This document shows positions 60,905 to 64,000 of a DNA stretch of 64,000 nt, one piece after another. The position numbers and the translations under genes are program-made. Source of the DNA: Cyanophora paradoxa CCMP329. Its lineage: Eukaryota; Plantae; Glaucophyta. The stretch covers positions 1 through 64,000 of the forward strand of contig QPMI01000393.1 in assembly GCA_004431415.1 (NCBI GenBank). Direction: 5' to 3'. Positions within the stretch are counted from its first letter, which is position 1, and each line of letters starts with the position of its first letter. Below the pieces are notes generated by a model. That model searched no databases. It had not been told where the DNA came from and was given only the letters and a program-made list of their open reading frames with translations.

Positions 60905-61148
60905 TTAACAACGCTTTCGGAATCTCTTAGACCTCTGGCGAATTTTCCTCATTTGTCTATCTTTTTCAATAATTTCCAAGAAGAAAGTTTCAAGATTTGA
61001 AACCAGTTGGTAATTATAAACAAAGAACAGTCTCACATGCTCTGGCTGTGACATGAAGAAATTGTAATAGAAAGCAGTTTTGAAATCATGGATCCAGTCT
61101 GATTGGGCAGCATGGATGATAGCAGGGTCTTGGTAGATGGGATCCATA
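60905..61148 (-). CDS. Small hypothetical viral protein
   Basis: MDPIYQDP..RKIRQRSKRFRKRC, convergent with the integrase. Confidence 0.45.
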
Positions 61149-61311
61149 GCAGAAGTTGAGAGAATCCAGAAAATCCTTGTCAATTTTTTATTTTGTTAGT
61201 GCCCGATCTCGACGAAACCTGATAGCTGCTGCCGAGAGGATTCCGAATCTGCTTTCAGAATTGAAAACGGAGCAGTTGGTAATAAAATACATATGTATGA
61301 CCGAGATTGAT

Positions 61312-61413
61312 GGAGTTTCAGTGATGTTTCGGTGAAGTTTCGGTGCGAAGTTTCGGTGAAGTTTCGGTGTGAAGTTTCGGTGAAGTTTCGGTGAAGTTTC
61401 GGTGAAGTTTCGG
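61312..61413 (+). repeat. Tandem 11-bp repeat GAAGTTTCGGT (about 8-9 units)
   Basis: Read directly from the sequence. Confidence 0.9.
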
Positions 61414-61442
61414 TCAATAGGATAATTCTATAAATCGAAAAA

Positions 61443-61670
61443 TGGTTGCGCGTCATCGCAACCATCATCGCAACCATGGTTGCATCATCGCAACCATCAT
61501 CGCAACCATGGTTGCATCATCGCAACCAGGTCGCGCAACCACTCAATCGGGAAAAAAATGGTTGCGCAACCACTGAATCGGAAAAAAATTGGTTGCGCAA
61601 CCAGGTTGCGCAACCAGCGCAACCATGGTTGCATCATCGCAACCATCATCGCAACCAGGTCGCGCAACCA
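61443..61670. repeat. Direct and inverted CGCAACCA / TGGTTGCG repeat cluster
   Basis: Many CATCATCGCAACC and TGGTTGCGCAACCA units around two A-rich spacers. Confidence 0.85.
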
Positions 61671-62119
61671 GTATGACGTCATGACATCACGTGTTTCGTC
61701 ATATATATACACCATACATTTCGTGTGACCCTGAGCCCCAGAGTCCCCGACCGACCAATCCGCTATTTTGTGGTCAAAATGTATATATGCGCATATATAC
61801 TTGACGGTTCGCGTTACTACTGTCGGCATCGCCTAACGTTCCCACTGTTGGGCTGTCGGCATCTTCAAACGCTCGTATCTCACCACCAGATCATCAGATC
61901 GTGACCGTCGACATAGCGCTGGAAAGCGCTTGAAAAGATCTACACGATGGTGTAGGTATCAAGTATATATACGTATAGATTACATACAAATATTTCGAAA
62001 AAACGATTAATCGGCTACTTTCTACTGTAAGGAACATACAGTAAAATAATGCGAAAATACAGTAGCTACTGTTAAAAAAGCCATAATCTGGCGCACCATA
62101 CATCAGAAGTCCTGATGTA

Positions 62120-63661
62120 TCATACACTTCGAATAAATGCACCTGTCACATCCACTCTCATAGTTGGGGCATTTATATATACCAGTGGATAAATACGAAT
62201 ATACCTTGTCCTCAGAGGGTAGCCAATATAGAAAACGTCTCTAATAGAGGTGGGAAACCCAGAACTGTATGAGACATCACCACTATTGTGGGCATTATTA
62301 ATGGTTTCACACATGAACACTCTATTCACACCTTCATACTTGATAAATGACCAGGAAACACCATCTTGTGATGTTGCAACATTGAAGGTCTTAACAAAGG
62401 CATTGGTCACACCAGAACCATATGCAATTATAGATGCTATCTCAAATATATATGGGAAGGATACTTGGAGATACTCAGTGGGAACACTCCATATCCCATC
62501 AGGAGCAGATGCATTTGCCTCCCAACCTGTTAAAGAAGGTCTTGCTTTAAATGCCTCCCTTCCAATTTTCGATGATGAAGCAGTGAATGCACCATCTGAC
62601 AGAAGATACCAGTTAGCATCAATGGGAGGTATGTTATTCAGAGTGGATGATATATAGAATCTTGCAGGGTTCTTAATTTCATAGTTTGCAACCAGTAAAT
62701 CACAAAGTCTATCAATCATTACACTGTTTGCTGCTATATACATTTCGGTTGCATCTATCATATCTGGTATCTTAGAGGTATCATCCAGAGAGTTTACTAT
62801 GGTCTTTGGAAGTGGAACAGAGAGTCTATAATATCTTGCATATCCTTGGTCATCATTATATGGGAGAAACTCTTGCATCTTTTCCAGGGCTGAGAGTTCA
62901 CTTGCAGCCATCAACATATTAATTAATGGACTCCCAGAGGTCGAAGCAATCCAAGAGAGGATACCCCAGCTGTTCACATCTTCATAGGAATATCCCACAT
63001 TGGGGGCATCTGTTTCATTAACCTCACCACAGGATATACTGATCACAATTATATCATCATCATCATCATAGATCTTCTTAGCATGGCTGTAACCACATAC
63101 ACTGGGATTGTTATTACCTGAGATTGCACCATCAATTAGAGACATCCCATCATAGTTCACAGGTGAGAAGTAAGTAGGAGCAGCAGAGGTGGATCTTGCA
63201 GCAATCTTGCTGGGGATGGATTTGTAGAAGTTATCATTGGTGATAAAGATGGGCTTCATACTCACAGTATCAAAACTTGTGATCACCACATCTTTTAGAG
63301 AGTCTTGGATGAGAGACTCACCAGTAACAGTGAGAATGGCTGTCTCCAATGGGGTCACATCATACTTGGTGTTGAAGAGTGCATTATCTATAATATTTCT
63401 GGGATTTGCAAAGATTAAGGGGAGTTGATTGAGATAAGTTGAATGCAAATCGGTTGCAGTGAGTTTGGGTTCGTTTGGAAATTCGGGATTTTTCACATTG
63501 AGACCAATCGCAATAATCCCACCAGTGGATGTTCCACTCACCAGGTCAACAAGGTCTATTACTCTTTTTCCAGTTCGAGTTTCGATTTCTTTTAGCAATC
63601 TCGTAATAATTATACCACGAGCTCCCCCACCTGAGAGACTGAGAATTACACGAAGGGGCAT
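62120..63661 (-). CDS. Patatin-like phospholipase fused to an F5/8 type C (discoidin) domain, intact 513 aa
   Basis: LSLSGGGARG, GTSTG, ARSTSAAPTYF and DGA motifs. C-terminal FTASSS..EYLQV..FVKTFNVATSQDGVSW..TRYIRIYP..MRVDV is discoidin-like. Confidence 0.9.
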   Translation of the reverse strand: MPLRVILSLSGGGARGIIITRLLKEIETRTGKRVIDLVDLVSGTSTGGIIAIGLNVKNPEFPNEPKLTATDLHSTYLNQLPLIFANPRNIIDNALFNTKYDVTPLETAILTVTGESLIQDSLKDVVITSFDTVSMKPIFITNDNFYKSIPSKIAARSTSAAPTYFSPVNYDGMSLIDGAISGNNNPSVCGYSHAKKIYDDDDDIIVISISCGEVNETDAPNVGYSYEDVNSWGILSWIASTSGSPLINMLMAASELSALEKMQEFLPYNDDQGYARYYRLSVPLPKTIVNSLDDTSKIPDMIDATEMYIAANSVMIDRLCDLLVANYEIKNPARFYISSTLNNIPPIDANWYLLSDGAFTASSSKIGREAFKARPSLTGWEANASAPDGIWSVPTEYLQVSFPYIFEIASIIAYGSGVTNAFVKTFNVATSQDGVSWSFIKYEGVNRVFMCETINNAHNSGDVSYSSGFPTSIRDVFYIGYPLRTRYIRIYPLVYINAPTMRVDVTGAFIRSV

Positions 63662-63710
63662 CTTTACTTAACTCAAATTTAATAAATCTCTATAAGTAGA
63701 GTAAACAGGG

Positions 63711-64000
63711 ATGAGTTTCAATTACCCAGCAAACCTACAAACCATTCCCTCATCAGGAAGAGGGAAGACAGATAACAAACATGTAAATTTCGATAACTTG
63801 ACAGCCAGAGGGTCAATCTCAATTGACCACAGTGCAGATGAACCCTCAAAGACTCACCCAAGAATGCATGCACTTTCAATAAACGAAATGGATCCTGAAA
63901 AAGAGGATGTGAGTGTTGCTTTCAGCATGGGGAATGTGAAATCGAATCAGGTAGCCCAGATTAAAGCAACCAGGAGCAGACCAAGAAAACTGAAAACCAG
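63711..64000 (+). CDS. Partial viral ORF running off the window (early frameshift)
   Basis: ATG at 63711, divergent from patatin. A shifted frame stays open to the window end. Confidence 0.35.
   Translation, partial: MSFNYPANLQTIPSSGRGKTDNKHVNFDNLTARGSISIDHSADEPSKTHPRMHALSINEMDPEKEDVSVAFSMGNVKSNQVAQIKATRSRPRKLKT

Larger units (their letters stand above)
45492..64000. mobile_element. Endogenous Polinton/Maverick-like virus; right end lies outside the window
   Basis: Abrupt GC-rich to AT-rich switch, intronless genes for MCP, pentons, A32 ATPase, pPolB, RVE integrase and D5 helicase. The candidate terminus begins 5'-AGAAGGAGGAGG after GAGCTC (possible 6-bp TSD). Confidence 0.92.

Noticed and set aside
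61710-62103. Insertion flanked by a CACCATACAT direct repeat
   Set aside because: There are no terminal inverted repeats or coding capacity, and a 10-bp match may be chance.
45492-64000. Bacterial contamination or chimeric assembly
   Set aside because: The gene set is that of eukaryotic Polinton-like viruses and the junction has a plausible AG terminus. A misjoin cannot be fully excluded without reads.

Overview
Eukaryotic genomic DNA in two very different parts. (1) 1-45,491 is a very GC-rich host genome with many short introns (GT-AG plus several GC-AG). Genes are tightly packed, mostly as head-to-head pairs: Aven-like/THOC6, DDI1-like/mS41-like, a Cys-Pro-motif ubiquitin-like tail-anchored protein/ABHD4-like hydrolase, an unknown Pro-rich coiled-coil protein/ODA-DC3-like EF-hand protein, an inverted paralog pair, and plastid TerC/a five-module heme peroxidase-DOMON-cytochrome b561-cytochrome b5-flavoreductase fusion. 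These are followed by a secreted IPT/TIG glycoprotein, a nest of hAT-type MITEs, a TKL kinase and a TPR gene cut by the insertion. A plastid TerC starting MASAF plus a dynein docking protein suggest a flagellated primary-plastid alga, possibly a glaucophyte (inference). (2) From about 45,492 to the window end is an AT-rich, intronless endogenous Polinton/Maverick-like virus: two penton-like genes, MCP, A32 ATPase, PrimPol-D5 helicase, protein-primed PolB with an apparently degenerate exonuclease, RVE integrase and patatin-discoidin. Its left end carries GCGAAGC/sheared-GA hairpins, and it has three 103-bp inverted-iteron modules resembling a primase-helicase origin. Gene models were spliced by eye, no database searches were run, and family calls rest on recognised motifs.
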